NCBI GenBank assembly: GCA_012798115.1
Contig: JAAZNV010000006.1
Span: forward strand, 91,971-155,970
Direction of reading: 5' to 3'
From: a candidate division WWE3 bacterium
GTDB lineage: Bacteria > Patescibacteriota > WWE3 > UBA101185 > UBA10185
DNA length: 64,000 nucleotides
Of this stretch, positions 1-9,463 are shown in pieces. Within the stretch, counting starts at the first letter, position 1; the number at the start of each line of letters is the position of its first letter. The position numbers and the translations under genes were made by a program. The notes below the pieces were generated by a model. It was not told where the DNA came from. It did not search any database and saw only the letters and a list, made by a program, of their open reading frames with translations.

Positions 1-1
1 T

Positions 2-1111
2 GTATTGGGAGAGGATGTTGGAGGTAGGGTAGTGGCTTATGACATTGGAAAGATGCCTCACCTTTTAATAGCTGGAACAACAGGATCTGGTAAATCTATA
101 TTTATTCATAATTTGTTATTTTCAATTTTATTTAGAGCAACTCCCCAAGAGGTTAAGTTTATAATCATTGATCCTAAGAGAGTTGAGCTTATTCATTATG
201 AAGGTATTCCGCATCTTTTAACTCCAGTTGTTACTGATATGGATAAAGCTCCTTCTGTTTTCAGATGGGCTGTAGATGAAGTGGAAAGAAGATATAAATT
301 ATTTGAACAAGCTAGAGTAAGAAATATAGAAGGATATAATGAAAAGTCTGGTATTCAAGTTATGCCATACATAGTTATTGTGGTAGATGAACTAAGCGAT
401 ATTATGGTTAGAGATCCTGCTGGAGTAGAAAAAAGTATTATTAGAATTGCTCAACTTGCAAGAGCAACAGGTATCCATTTAGTTTTAGCAGTTCAAAGAC
501 CCTCAGCTGACATTATAACAGGGCTTATTAAAGCAAATATTCCTTGTAGAGCTGCCTTCCAAGTTCTAAGTCAAATAGATTCAAGAGTAATAATTGATCA
601 ACCAGGCGCTGAAAAGCTTCTTGGAAAAGGAGATATGCTTTTTGTTCCTCCAGATGTGATGAAACCAATGAGACTTCAGGGGGCTTATATCTCAGATAAA
701 GAAATTGGTGATCTTGTAGAATACTTAAAAGCTCAAGGTATGGAACCAGATTATAAAGAAGAAGTGTTGAGAACTCCTACAGATTCTTCAAAAAGAGGAG
801 GGTCTTCTGAATGGGGTAATGAGGTAGATGAACTTTTTGATCAAGCTGTTGATATTGTTATATCAGCAGGAAAGGCTTCTGCATCTCTTCTTCAAAGGAA
901 ACTTTCAATTGGTTATGCAAGAGCTGCAAGAATAATTGATGAAATGGAAGAAAAGGGAATAATTGGACCGGAGGTAAGTGGTAGTAGAGGAAGGGAAGTT
1001 ATGGTTGATGATACTCCTAGTGGCCTTAACAAATCAGATGCAGATCCTGGGTATGGACCTGAGGATTTTACTGATGAAGATTTCCCAAGAAATGATAATA
1101 TTGTGAATTAA
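2..1111 (+). CDS. ftsK: DNA translocase FtsK/SpoIIIE, C-terminal part (5' end outside window)
   Basis: [15 protein letters not shown] Walker A, VDELSD Walker [16 protein letters not shown], and gamma domain [25 protein letters not shown]. The frame is open to the window edge. Confidence 0.95.
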   Translation, partial: VLGEDVGGRVVAYDIGKMPHLLIAGTTGSGKSIFIHNLLFSILFRATPQEVKFIIIDPKRVELIHYEGIPHLLTPVVTDMDKAPSVFRWAVDEVERRYKLFEQARVRNIEGYNEKSGIQVMPYIVIVVDELSDIMVRDPAGVEKSIIRIAQLARATGIHLVLAVQRPSADIITGLIKANIPCRAAFQVLSQIDSRVIIDQPGAEKLLGKGDMLFVPPDVMKPMRLQGAYISDKEIGDLVEYLKAQGMEPDYKEEVLRTPTDSSKRGGSSEWGNEVDELFDQAVDIVISAGKASASLLQRKLSIGYARAARIIDEMEEKGIIGPEVSGSRGREVMVDDTPSGLNKSDADPGYGPEDFTDEDFPRNDNIVN

Positions 1112-2109
1112 AGTTTTATTTCTTCATCGACAAACTCATCTAGGTTACCGCTCAATACTTCTTCCGGGCTAGAACTCTCAACATTTGTTCTCAAGTCCTT
1201 TACCAATTTGTATGGGTGTAGAACATAATTTCTAATTTGATTTCCCCACCCAGGTGTTTTGTACTCACCCTTCAATTTTTTGGTTTCCATTAAAGATTTT
1301 TCTTCTTCTATTTGATAAAGCTTTGACTTTAATACTTTTAAAGCTTTTTCTCTGTTTTTTCCTTGATATCTTTCTTCTTGGCACTCCACAACAATTCCAG
1401 ATGGTTTGTGTTTTAATCTAACTGCAGTTGATACTTTGTTAACATTTTGACCACCTTTTCCTCCAGATCTAAAAAATTCCCATTCTAAATCTTCTTCTTT
1501 TATATTTAACTCAATATCATTATCAATAAGAGGTATTACTTCAACAAGAGCAAAAGATGTTTGTCTTAAATTATCTGCATTAAAAGGAGATTGTCTAACA
1601 AGTCTATGTACACCAGATTCTCTTTTTAAGAATCCATAAGAATAACTTCCTTCAACTTCAAAAACTACGGACTTTATTCCTGCTTCATCCCCTGGAATCT
1701 TAATAATTTCTGTTGTTCTCCAGTCTTTCCTCTCACAATACCTTAAATACATTCTCAAAAGCATTTCTACCCAATCATTTGCTTCAGTTCCTCCTTGTCC
1801 AGCATGTATTGATAATATTGCATTTCCTTTATCGTGTTTTCCAGATAAGTATGTTTTAAGCTCTAGCTTTTTAGCTTCTTCTTCGAAGTTTTTAATTTCA
1901 TTGTTATCTAGATACAACTCAAGTATCTCATAATCTTCTATTTCTTTTTTTAAGCTAGCTAATTCTTTAGTTAGTTCTTGGCCTTCTTCCCACTTTTTCC
2001 ACGTTTCTTCGTTTTTAAGTTTTTCTTTTATACTTAATATTCTCTGCTTTTTCTCATCAATTCTTAGTGATTTATTCAGCTTTTGAAGTCTTTGTTTCTG
2101 TTCTTCCAT
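1108..2109 (-). CDS. prfB: Peptide chain release factor 2, continuous ORF with no frameshift
   Basis: SPF anticodon-mimic motif (LVRQSPFNA), GGQ motif ([11 protein letters not shown]), [13 protein letters not shown]. Confidence 0.95.
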   Translation of the reverse strand: MEEQKQRLQKLNKSLRIDEKKQRILSIKEKLKNEETWKKWEEGQELTKELASLKKEIEDYEILELYLDNNEIKNFEEEAKKLELKTYLSGKHDKGNAILSIHAGQGGTEANDWVEMLLRMYLRYCERKDWRTTEIIKIPGDEAGIKSVVFEVEGSYSYGFLKRESGVHRLVRQSPFNADNLRQTSFALVEVIPLIDNDIELNIKEEDLEWEFFRSGGKGGQNVNKVSTAVRLKHKPSGIVVECQEERYQGKNREKALKVLKSKLYQIEEEKSLMETKKLKGEYKTPGWGNQIRNYVLHPYKLVKDLRTNVESSSPEEVLSGNLDEFVDEEIKL

Positions 2110-2115
2110 GCGAAG

Positions 2116-2121
2116 ATTATA
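2116..2121 (-). promoter_or_regulatory. -10 box (TATAAT) 6 nt upstream of prfB ATG; likely leaderless promoter
   Basis: Minus strand reads TATAAT-cttcgc-ATG with no SD. Confidence 0.5.
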
Positions 2122-2152
2122 TATTAAAGGAAAGATTAATGAAAACTTTGTT

Positions 2153-4717
2153 TTAGTTAAATACCTCAGTACCTAGCAATAAGCTGTCCCCAGCCTTTAC
2201 TTCCTTTTTAAGTATTTTAACTGCTAAATAAGATTCTACTGAGTCTTCTATTGCTCTGGCTAAGGGTCTTGCTCCCCATTGAGGGCTATATCCTCTTTTA
2301 ATGAGTTCTTCAACTAGCTCTGGCTTGAAACTTAATTTAATTCCTTTTTCTTCTGCTCTACTTGTAACTTTTTTTAGCATTAACTTTGTTATCTCTCTCA
2401 TGTTTTCAACTGATAAAGGGTTAAATACTATAATTCCTGTGTATCTGTTTAAAAGTTCTGGAGCAAATTTATTCCTAATGTCAGTCATTGCTGCCTTAGT
2501 CATTTGATCGTATGTACCTTTTGCTTCAAAAACTGTTTGAATAGATCTTGTTCCAACATTGCTTGTACATATAATAATTGAGTTAGTAAAGTTAGCTATA
2601 TTTCCAGATGTGTCTGTTAATCTTCCTTCATCTAACACTTGTAAGAACATTAAAAGAATATTAGGATGTGCTTTTTCTATTTCATCTATCAAAATTAATC
2701 CAAATGGTTTTGACCTTACACTGTCCGTTAACGTTCCATTTATGGAGCCATCTGGTGATCCAATAAGCCTATTTATACTGTCTAATTGTTGATATTCACT
2801 CATATCTAATCTAATCATGTCCTCCTCATTTCCAAAGTAGCTTGATGCTAAAGCCTTTGCTGTTTCTGTTTTTCCTACACCAGTTGTTCCAACAAACAAG
2901 AAGCTTGCTATTGGCTTCTTTTCATCTCTTATTCCAGTTCTTGCTCTTTGAAGAGCAGCTGCAACTTTTTCAAGAGCTTGATCTTGACCAATTACTCTTT
3001 TTTTCATCTCAGATTCAATATTTAAAAGTTTGACTGCATCGTCTTGAGTAATGGTGGTAATTGGAACATTTGTCATTTCGGAAACTTCCTTGGCAACGTC
3101 TTCTGAGGTTAATATTTTTGTAGATTCTTTAACTGATACTGCAGATCTGTTTAGTATATCTATAGCTTTATCAGGAAGAACTCTTTCTTGGATTAATTCT
3201 TCTGATAGCTCTACACTTTCTACAACAGCAGGAAATGTTATAAATGTCTTGTATTCATCTTCATATTTTCTTGCAATGTATTTAAGTATTTCAATAGTAT
3301 CTAACTTTGAGCTTTGATTTAACTCAATAATTTGGAAAAGTCTAGAAATAACTTCGTTTGGTTCAATATATTTTCTGTAATTTGATATTGATGTAGCACC
3401 AATAAATCTAATCTTGTCGCTTACTAGGTAATTTTCAAGCATTGAAAAAATTGTTGAGGAATCCCCATCCTTCTCTCCTAATCCAGTTACTAAATTCTGT
3501 ATCTCATCTATAAATAGTATTATGTCTCCAGATCCTTCTGCATCATCAAGCACACTAGTAAGCCTCTTTGCAATTCCTCCAGCGTTTTCTGCTCCAGAAA
3601 TTAAGGATCCTACATCCAAACTTACAATTCTTTTGTTATGTAGTGTTTTATACTCAGTGCCACATATTATTCTGTAAGCAATACCTTTAAGAATAGAGGT
3701 TTTTCCACTTCCTGGCTCTCCAATAATTAAAATGTTTCCTTTGTTTCCATCAAGCATTTCAGCAATTTGTTTTATTTCTTCTTCTCTTCCTATAATTCTA
3801 TCCACCCTTCCTTTTTGTACTTCTTTTGTGATGTCAAGAGAAACCTTATCTAAAGTAGGGGTTACTCTTCCCAACATTCCTTTTCCTATTCCTCCTAAAG
3901 GACTTCTTTCGTAATTTTCTTGCCATATGTACACTTTTGATAAATACTCTCTTTCCTCAACTATCCATGAAGCTGTTTGTTTTATGGTTTCAACATCAGA
4001 GTTAAAGGAAGACAGTATTGTAGAGATATTAGGAATATTTGTTATTACAGATGTAAATAAATGTTCTAATTCGACATACCTAGATTTATTTTCATTTGCT
4101 AAATCAAAACTTTGTTTCTCAATATTATTAGTTTTCATTTCTGTAATATTACTGAGCTTTTCTATTAACTCTTTATTATCCAGCTCAGACTTTCTTAAAA
4201 GGTAGCTTATACTTTTATCTTTTATAATCTTGTTTATAGCATTCTTGGGATTTTTGATTAAAAGTTTTAAGTAGTACTTTGTTTTAGGTCTAAAGGATTT
4301 TATGTACTTGCTGTCTTTGATATCTTCAATCTTCCTTTCTGGTGTATTTAGATTTGATACTGCCCAAATAAGGTAAAGAACTACAAAGAAAATAAATGTT
4401 GCTTCAAGCGAGTAGTATCCTATGATTAGAGGGATAGCAAGCCAAACTATTGGGATTAGTACACAAATGATTAATATTGCAGTCATGAAGAGAAGGCCTA
4501 CAGCAATCATAAGTATCCTTGCAACAAAGCTCATAACTCTTCCTGGTATCGTACGTATACCATACAAGGGAACAAATAAAAGTCTAATATTGGTTAAAAA
4601 GGATAGCTCATTGTTAGCTACTGCTAGAAACGTTGTAGCTATATTAAAAGCCTTAGCAGGTCCTTTTGTTGCCCACCAAGCTAAGAACTTATGTGGCAGT
4701 TTAAACGAGTAGGGCAT
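2153..4717 (-). CDS. ClpA/B-family double AAA+ ATPase with N-terminal transmembrane region
   Basis: Walker A GEPGSGKT and GTTGVGKT, Walker B ILFIDE and [22 protein letters not shown]. Residues ~61-121 are strongly hydrophobic. Confidence 0.9.
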   Translation of the reverse strand: MPYSFKLPHKFLAWWATKGPAKAFNIATTFLAVANNELSFLTNIRLLFVPLYGIRTIPGRVMSFVARILMIAVGLLFMTAILIICVLIPIVWLAIPLIIGYYSLEATFIFFVVLYLIWAVSNLNTPERKIEDIKDSKYIKSFRPKTKYYLKLLIKNPKNAINKIIKDKSISYLLRKSELDNKELIEKLSNITEMKTNNIEKQSFDLANENKSRYVELEHLFTSVITNIPNISTILSSFNSDVETIKQTASWIVEEREYLSKVYIWQENYERSPLGGIGKGMLGRVTPTLDKVSLDITKEVQKGRVDRIIGREEEIKQIAEMLDGNKGNILIIGEPGSGKTSILKGIAYRIICGTEYKTLHNKRIVSLDVGSLISGAENAGGIAKRLTSVLDDAEGSGDIILFIDEIQNLVTGLGEKDGDSSTIFSMLENYLVSDKIRFIGATSISNYRKYIEPNEVISRLFQIIELNQSSKLDTIEILKYIARKYEDEYKTFITFPAVVESVELSEELIQERVLPDKAIDILNRSAVSVKESTKILTSEDVAKEVSEMTNVPITTITQDDAVKLLNIESEMKKRVIGQDQALEKVAAALQRARTGIRDEKKPIASFLFVGTTGVGKTETAKALASSYFGNEEDMIRLDMSEYQQLDSINRLIGSPDGSINGTLTDSVRSKPFGLILIDEIEKAHPNILLMFLQVLDEGRLTDTSGNIANFTNSIIICTSNVGTRSIQTVFEAKGTYDQMTKAAMTDIRNKFAPELLNRYTGIIVFNPLSVENMREITKLMLKKVTSRAEEKGIKLSFKPELVEELIKRGYSPQWGARPLARAIEDSVESYLAVKILKKEVKAGDSLLLGTEVFN

Positions 4718-4724
4718 ATATTAA

Positions 4725-4733
4725 AGAATATCA
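4725..4733 (-). promoter_or_regulatory. Extended -10 (TGA-TATTCT) 7 nt upstream of the Clp ATPase ATG
   Basis: Minus strand reads TGATATTCT-ttaatat-ATG. Confidence 0.4.
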
Positions 4734-4770
4734 AATACAGGAGATTTAGGGTATATCTATTTGATAAACA

Positions 4771-5229
4771 TTAAAGAAACCTTTTAATAGCTCGTCCGAG
4801 TAAAAATCCTAAAGGAGCATAGAAAGAAATACTTAAGAATTTATAGGAAGATATTGTTCTTGTTATTAGTCCTAGATATGGAATTACTAAAATCACTTTT
4901 CCAATTATTTCAGATTCAATGATGGGATAAGGGTCTTCAAATGTATTATTGTCTCCTTTAGTGATAAAAAGGTTCTTGTTATGAAAAGAATAAATATTAA
5001 TTATTCTGTGAGTTATTAGATTTGGGATTTGAGGTGTTTTGTATACAATTATGTCTCCTGTCTTTAGCCCGCTCATTTTATTTATTTTAATTGCTATGAC
5101 AGCAGATCCTAGCTTTAAACTTGGTTCCATTGAAGATGTAGCTATTTCGTATAGTTTCAGATTTTTAGAACAAGTAATTGCTGTTAGAACTATCATTAAT
5201 ATTTTTAAAGCCTGAAAAGCTATTTTCAT
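4771..5229 (-). CDS. sipW: SipW/ER-type (S26B) signal peptidase I
   Basis: TSSMEP catalytic Ser, ITHRII catalytic His, TKGDNN..ED box E, IIGKV..IPYLG, and N- and C-terminal hydrophobic segments. Confidence 0.85.
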   Translation of the reverse strand: MKIAFQALKILMIVLTAITCSKNLKLYEIATSSMEPSLKLGSAVIAIKINKMSGLKTGDIIVYKTPQIPNLITHRIINIYSFHNKNLFITKGDNNTFEDPYPIIESEIIGKVILVIPYLGLITRTISSYKFLSISFYAPLGFLLGRAIKRFL

Positions 5230-5271
5230 GTTTTTAATTCGCCTTCCCGGGTAAAGCGATATTGTAGATCT

Positions 5272-5859
5272 CTACAATTGAATAGCCTCAAATTCAAAGT
5301 CAAACACTGCTGTAGATCCTTGTTGATCATTTCCTAAGGTTGGAGCAGAAAACCTTAGTATTAAAGGCATTTGCTGTCCTGCTCCTATTTCTCCAAGATC
5401 AAATCCTTCTGTTTTCCATTTTGTTATAGTTTTCTTGCCAAGAGATACCCCTTCCTCGCCAGAATCAACAACTCCATTAGAATTTAAGTCGCTCCATGGT
5501 ATCACTTCCACTTGGATGTCTGATCTGAGATCGTCTGGATCGTTTGCAGTTTCATAGTATGCGTTTGTTACTAATCCTAACTTTGAAGTTCCATTATTTA
5601 ATATCTTTATCAAATAGTCTTGAGTCCACGTTGGAGATATGTTACTAAAGTTAGGGCCTGTGAGTTCATCTGTGAGATTTGATGAGTTTGCTTCAAGAGT
5701 TATATTACTTAGAAACTTAATATCTGCGCTTCCTGCACTAAACGTTGATCCTAGAACCTTTCCTTTGTCTGTAAAAGCTGCATAGGTTACTCCAGCTGCT
5801 AAACTAGATATAAGTATTATTGGTCCAAGGAGATACAGTAAGTTTTTTGTTTTAAGCAT
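5272..5859 (-). CDS. TasA/camelysin-like secreted protein with SipW-cognate signal peptide
   Basis: Signal peptide ending GVTYA-AFTD...STFSAGSADI, NISP..TQ...I.NNGT, and C-terminal Q.....FDFEFEAIQ, all typical of the TasA/CalY family. Adjacent to sipW; strong SD AAAGGTGGTGA. Confidence 0.8.
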   Translation of the reverse strand: MLKTKNLLYLLGPIILISSLAAGVTYAAFTDKGKVLGSTFSAGSADIKFLSNITLEANSSNLTDELTGPNFSNISPTWTQDYLIKILNNGTSKLGLVTNAYYETANDPDDLRSDIQVEVIPWSDLNSNGVVDSGEEGVSLGKKTITKWKTEGFDLGEIGAGQQMPLILRFSAPTLGNDQQGSTAVFDFEFEAIQL

Positions 5860-5882
5860 TTATATCACCACCTTTCTCATAA

Positions 5883-6563
5883 CTAATTACTAAATAATTT
5901 ATGAGCTTTCATACTAAAGAAAGCCTTGTCGGCAACAACTAAATGATCTACAAGTGGAATGCCTATATCCGTTCCTACCTTGGATATCTTTCTTGTTACT
6001 TTAATATCATCTTCGCTTGGGAATGCTTCATTTGATGGGTGGTTGTGAACAATAATTATTGAGTAAGCATTCTTAAGCAAAGCTTTTTTAAACACTTCTC
6101 TTGGGTGTATTAATGTTTCAGTTAATGTTCCTTTTGAAATTACATCTTTTGAAATTAATCTACTTTTTGAGTTCAAAGAGATTAATACAAGATACTCTTG
6201 GTCTTTTCCAATTAAATCTCGTTTTACTAAAGAATAAACATCCCCTGGTTTCTTAATGGCACTTCCAATATTATGATCTTCTTGATCAACTCTTTTAGCT
6301 ATTTCCCCTAGTGCCCTAATACAAGATGCTTTAGCATACCCAATGTTCTTAAAGCTTGTTAACTCTTGAATATCTGCACTTAATAAATTTCTTAATCCTG
6401 AGTATTTATTTAACAAATCTCTAGCAAGGTTTGTAGCAGGGCAGTCTTTTCCACCAGATCTTAAAATTATTGCTAACAACTCTACATTTGTAAGACTGTT
6501 TAAGCCTTTATATATGAGTTTTTCCCTTGGTTTTTCTTCTCTTTGTAAATCTTTAATCTTCAT
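5883..6563 (-). CDS. radC: RadC-family JAB domain protein (UPF0758)
   Basis: PREKL, ELLAIILRSG, HhH-like IGYAKA, HPREVFK, HNHPS....PS.DD, LVDHLVV. Confidence 0.92.
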   Translation of the reverse strand: MKIKDLQREEKPREKLIYKGLNSLTNVELLAIILRSGGKDCPATNLARDLLNKYSGLRNLLSADIQELTSFKNIGYAKASCIRALGEIAKRVDQEDHNIGSAIKKPGDVYSLVKRDLIGKDQEYLVLISLNSKSRLISKDVISKGTLTETLIHPREVFKKALLKNAYSIIIVHNHPSNEAFPSEDDIKVTRKISKVGTDIGIPLVDHLVVADKAFFSMKAHKLFSN

Positions 6564-6581
6564 ATCATTTTTATTAAGTAG

Positions 6582-6610
6582 AATGTAATTTAGTGATCAA
6601 TTTACATCAA
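6582..6610 (-). promoter_or_regulatory. Putative sigma70 promoter of radC-tasA-sipW (TTGATG-17-TACATT)
   Basis: Hexamers at 6605-6610 and 6582-6587 with a 17-nt spacer, overlapped by ATGTA/TACAT half-sites. Confidence 0.4.
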
Positions 6611-6666
6611 TATGTATTGTTCTATTTATTTTGGGAAATAGTTGGTGAAAGTTGAGGAATAAGGAT

Positions 6667-6960
6667 ATGGAAAAAAACTTAGGAAAGAAGATAAAAGATA
6701 TTAGAGAAAAGAATAATTTATCTCAAGAAAGATTTGGAAGGAAAATAGGAAAGTCAGGGAAGACTATTTCTGCTTACGAAAAAGGAAGATGTACTCCTTC
6801 GCTTAAAGTTCTTGATTTAATATCCCAAACATATGATGTTTCATTTGTTCATCTCAAGGACAGTAGGGGTACTCAGCTATGGGAAAAGATTCAAGGTGTA
6901 AAAAATGTGCTTGAAGAGATTGAATCAATGATATCGCACAACAAAGATACCTTAAGATAA
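6667..6960 (+). CDS. XRE-family helix-turn-helix transcriptional regulator
   Basis: LGKKIKDIREKNNLSQERFGRKIGKSGKTISAYEKGRCTPS is an HTH_3 pattern. ATG 6667 follows GAGG/AAGGA and is preferred over TTG 6652. Confidence 0.88.
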   Translation: MEKNLGKKIKDIREKNNLSQERFGRKIGKSGKTISAYEKGRCTPSLKVLDLISQTYDVSFVHLKDSRGTQLWEKIQGVKNVLEEIESMISHNKDTLR

Positions 6961-6996
6961 TTAAACTTAAATAGTTGCTTTAGTGATTATTTGTTC

Positions 6997-7554
6997 TTAT
7001 CTCTTTGAATACTGAGGTCTCTTTCTTGCCTTGTGTAGGAATGGCTTCTTTCTTTCCACCATTCTTGGATCTCTAGTTAAGAATCCTTGTTTTCTCAAAG
7101 TTTTATCAAATTCCTCGTCTAGCTTTGCCAAAGCTTTTGATATAGCTAAAACCACCGCATCTAATTGAGAAGACTTGCCTGATCCAGCTACTTTAATACT
7201 GGCTGAGTACTTAGCTTCAGGATGAGATATTCCTATCGTATGAAATGGTCTTACCCATTTTGTTTGTTCAACATTTCCAGAGAAATATTTCTCTATGCTT
7301 TGTCCATTAACAGTAAAATCACCTTTTGCTTCCCATAGAAAAACTCTTGCTGTAGCTTCCTTTCTTCTTCCCGTTCCAGATATAAACCCTTTCTTTAGAG
7401 GCTTGTCTTTTTTAACGACTTTGGTATCTATTAGCTTTTCTGTAATTCCTTCTTTTGTTTCTTCTGTTTCAACGGACATTGTTGCTTCCTCTACGTTTTT
7501 AACTTCCTTTTCTTTTGTGTTCTTCTTGTTTTTTAGTTCTTTCGTCCTTGGCAT
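6997..7554 (-). CDS. rpsI: 30S ribosomal protein S9 with N-terminal K/E-rich extension
   Basis: GTGRRKEATARV, LTRDPRMVERKK, KARKRPQYSKR. Confidence 0.97.
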   Translation of the reverse strand: MPRTKELKNKKNTKEKEVKNVEEATMSVETEETKEGITEKLIDTKVVKKDKPLKKGFISGTGRRKEATARVFLWEAKGDFTVNGQSIEKYFSGNVEQTKWVRPFHTIGISHPEAKYSASIKVAGSGKSSQLDAVVLAISKALAKLDEEFDKTLRKQGFLTRDPRMVERKKPFLHKARKRPQYSKR

Positions 7555-7555
7555 A

Positions 7556-7987
7556 TTATTTACTTAACTGAGCTTGGTGAGGATGTTTATCACCTGCATA
7601 AATATATAAATTAGCCATCCTTTGTTTTCTCATTTTGTTCTTTGGAAGCATACCAGATACTGCTTTTTTAATCACCTCTGTTGGTTTTCTTCCAATAAGA
7701 TTACCTAAAGTTTCTGTTCTTAGCCCATGTGGAAACCCTGTGTAATGAATATAGAGCTTATCAGTCATTTTCTTTCCTGTAACCTTTATTTTTTCAGCAT
7801 TAATAACAACAACTTTGTCTCCCCAGTTTTGATTCAATACATACTCTGCTTTATCTTTTCCAACAAGGATTACTGCTATTTTAGTAGCAAGTTTACCTAA
7901 AGTCTCGCCTTTAGCATCTATTAAATGCCAATTATCCTTTTTATCTGCAGTGCTAAGCACCGTTGTCTTATTTGGTGTTCTTTTCAT
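7556..7987 (-). CDS. rplM: 50S ribosomal protein L13
   Basis: WHLIDAKG.TLGKLAT, GDKVVVINAEK, AVSGMLPKN, HPHQAQ. Confidence 0.97.
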   Translation of the reverse strand: MKRTPNKTTVLSTADKKDNWHLIDAKGETLGKLATKIAVILVGKDKAEYVLNQNWGDKVVVINAEKIKVTGKKMTDKLYIHYTGFPHGLRTETLGNLIGRKPTEVIKKAVSGMLPKNKMRKQRMANLYIYAGDKHPHQAQLSK

Positions 7988-8498
7988 TTTTCTTTTCTGC
8001 CTTATCTACTTTGACTTCCTTCTTTTCAGTAGGCTTAGCTTTTGTCTTTTTTACCACCTTAGCCTTATTTGTATTTTCTTTCTTTTCCTTCCTTTCTTTT
8101 AGTTCTTTACCTTTACTTATTGATTCAACAAATTCTATTCTGGCTAAAATGGCATTGTCTCCACTTCTGTTTCCTGTTTTAATTATTCTTGTATAGCCGC
8201 CTTTCCTATTTAGAAATTTTGGAGCTACATTATCCATTAAGCTTCTAATAGATTTTTCTGATCTAAGGTGCTTTCTTAAAAGCTTTACAGTGTTAAACTT
8301 AATGAGATTATTCTCTGATTTATTGGCTTTGATTGCTTTCGTTACAAGCTTTTCAACATATGGTTTAACAACTTTTGCCTTAGCTAGAGTTGTGTTAATA
8401 GAGCCTTGCTCAATTAGCTGAGCTGCTAAGTTAGAAATCAAAGCTTTTCTTTGGTCCTTATTTCTTCCTAATGTCTTTTTAACAACTCTATGTCTCAT
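7968..8498 (-). CDS. rplQ: 50S ribosomal protein L17 with C-terminal K/E-rich tail
   Basis: MRHR....LGR, TTLAKAK, RKGGYTRIIK, RSGDNA. Confidence 0.96.
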   Translation of the reverse strand: MRHRVVKKTLGRNKDQRKALISNLAAQLIEQGSINTTLAKAKVVKPYVEKLVTKAIKANKSENNLIKFNTVKLLRKHLRSEKSIRSLMDNVAPKFLNRKGGYTRIIKTGNRSGDNAILARIEFVESISKGKELKERKEKKENTNKAKVVKKTKAKPTEKKEVKVDKAEKKNEKNTK

Positions 8499-8521
8499 AA
8501 GCTTTGTTTAATTTAATTAAA

Positions 8522-9445
8522 TTACTTTCTAAATCCTTCCTTAGCTAACAACTCCTTTATTTCATCTAAAGATTTTTCACCAATATTTTTAATATCTTCT
8601 AAGTCTTCGTCTGACTTTTGTGCTAGCTCATGAAGTGTATTAATCTTACTCTTTTTAAGAGCATTAATGGTTCTTGTTTGAAGTGGAAGTTCTTCTACTG
8701 AAACGTCTTCTGTAAGTTTTGTTTCTCTAGTTTTTTCTTCTTTCTTTTCTTCAGTTGCTGTTCCTTCTTTCCATTCTTCAAAAGCAACATAGTAGTCTTT
8801 TAATATTTGTGCTGCATTTATCAAAGCTTGCTTTGGAGAAATACTCCCATCAGTTTCTATGGTAAAAATTATCTTATCTAGGTCTGTTCTTCCACCAAAT
8901 CGTGCTGGTTCAATTTCATAATTAGCAGATAAGACAGGAGAAAACAATGCGTCCAAGACTATCACTCCAAGTTTAGATGTTTGTCTTTCTTCCATTGGAG
9001 AGTATCCAACTCCTGGTTCAACTGTTATTTCTGCTTCAAATTTTGACTTTGCATCGGCTAGTGTAGCAATATGTTGATCTTTATTCATAATCTCAACATC
9101 TGATGGAGCTTCAATGTCTTTTGCTGTTACCTTTCCAGGACCCTTTTTATCTATAGTAACTATGACTGGACCTTCTGAATGATTCTTAAACCTTATTTTT
9201 TTTAAGTTTAATGTTAATTCAACAACATCTTCTTTTACTCCTGGCATAGTTGTAAATTGATGATTAGCACCATTTATTTTAACTTGGGTTGCAGCAGCTC
9301 CTTTGATTGATGTCATAAGAACTCTTCTTAGAGCATTTGCAAGGGTGTACCCAAAACCAGTTGGTAATGGTTCAAACGAATAAATACCAATGCCTTTTTC
9401 TTCTTTTACTGTGCTTATCTTTAAATTTTCTTTAGTTAGTTCCAT
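8522..9445 (-). CDS. rpoA: RNA polymerase alpha subunit
   Basis: EPL..GFGYTLANALRRVL, PGVKEDV, DALFSPV, alpha-CTD NIGEKSLDEI. SD AAGGAGG. Confidence 0.97.
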   Translation of the reverse strand: MELTKENLKISTVKEEKGIGIYSFEPLPTGFGYTLANALRRVLMTSIKGAAATQVKINGANHQFTTMPGVKEDVVELTLNLKKIRFKNHSEGPVIVTIDKKGPGKVTAKDIEAPSDVEIMNKDQHIATLADAKSKFEAEITVEPGVGYSPMEERQTSKLGVIVLDALFSPVLSANYEIEPARFGGRTDLDKIIFTIETDGSISPKQALINAAQILKDYYVAFEEWKEGTATEEKKEEKTRETKLTEDVSVEELPLQTRTINALKKSKINTLHELAQKSDEDLEDIKNIGEKSLDEIKELLAKEGFRK

Positions 9446-9463
9446 AAATTCCTCCTTTTAAAA

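Noticed and set aside
2301-4712. Plus-strand ORFs of 60-96 aa inside the Clp ATPase gene, and similar antisense ORFs in rpoC, fusA, tuf, r-protein and GT genes
   Set aside because: These are shadow ORFs opposite or within well-supported genes, with no motifs or expression signals.
6619-6625. GTTCTAT resembling the Bacillus SinR box GTTCTYT
   Set aside because: It is a single mismatched 7-mer in AT-rich DNA, and there is no evidence that this XRE is a SinR ortholog.
5883-6960. radC plus XRE as a prophage or mobile-element remnant
   Set aside because: No integrase, transposase, att-like repeats or phage genes nearby. RadC is the full-length chromosomal type.
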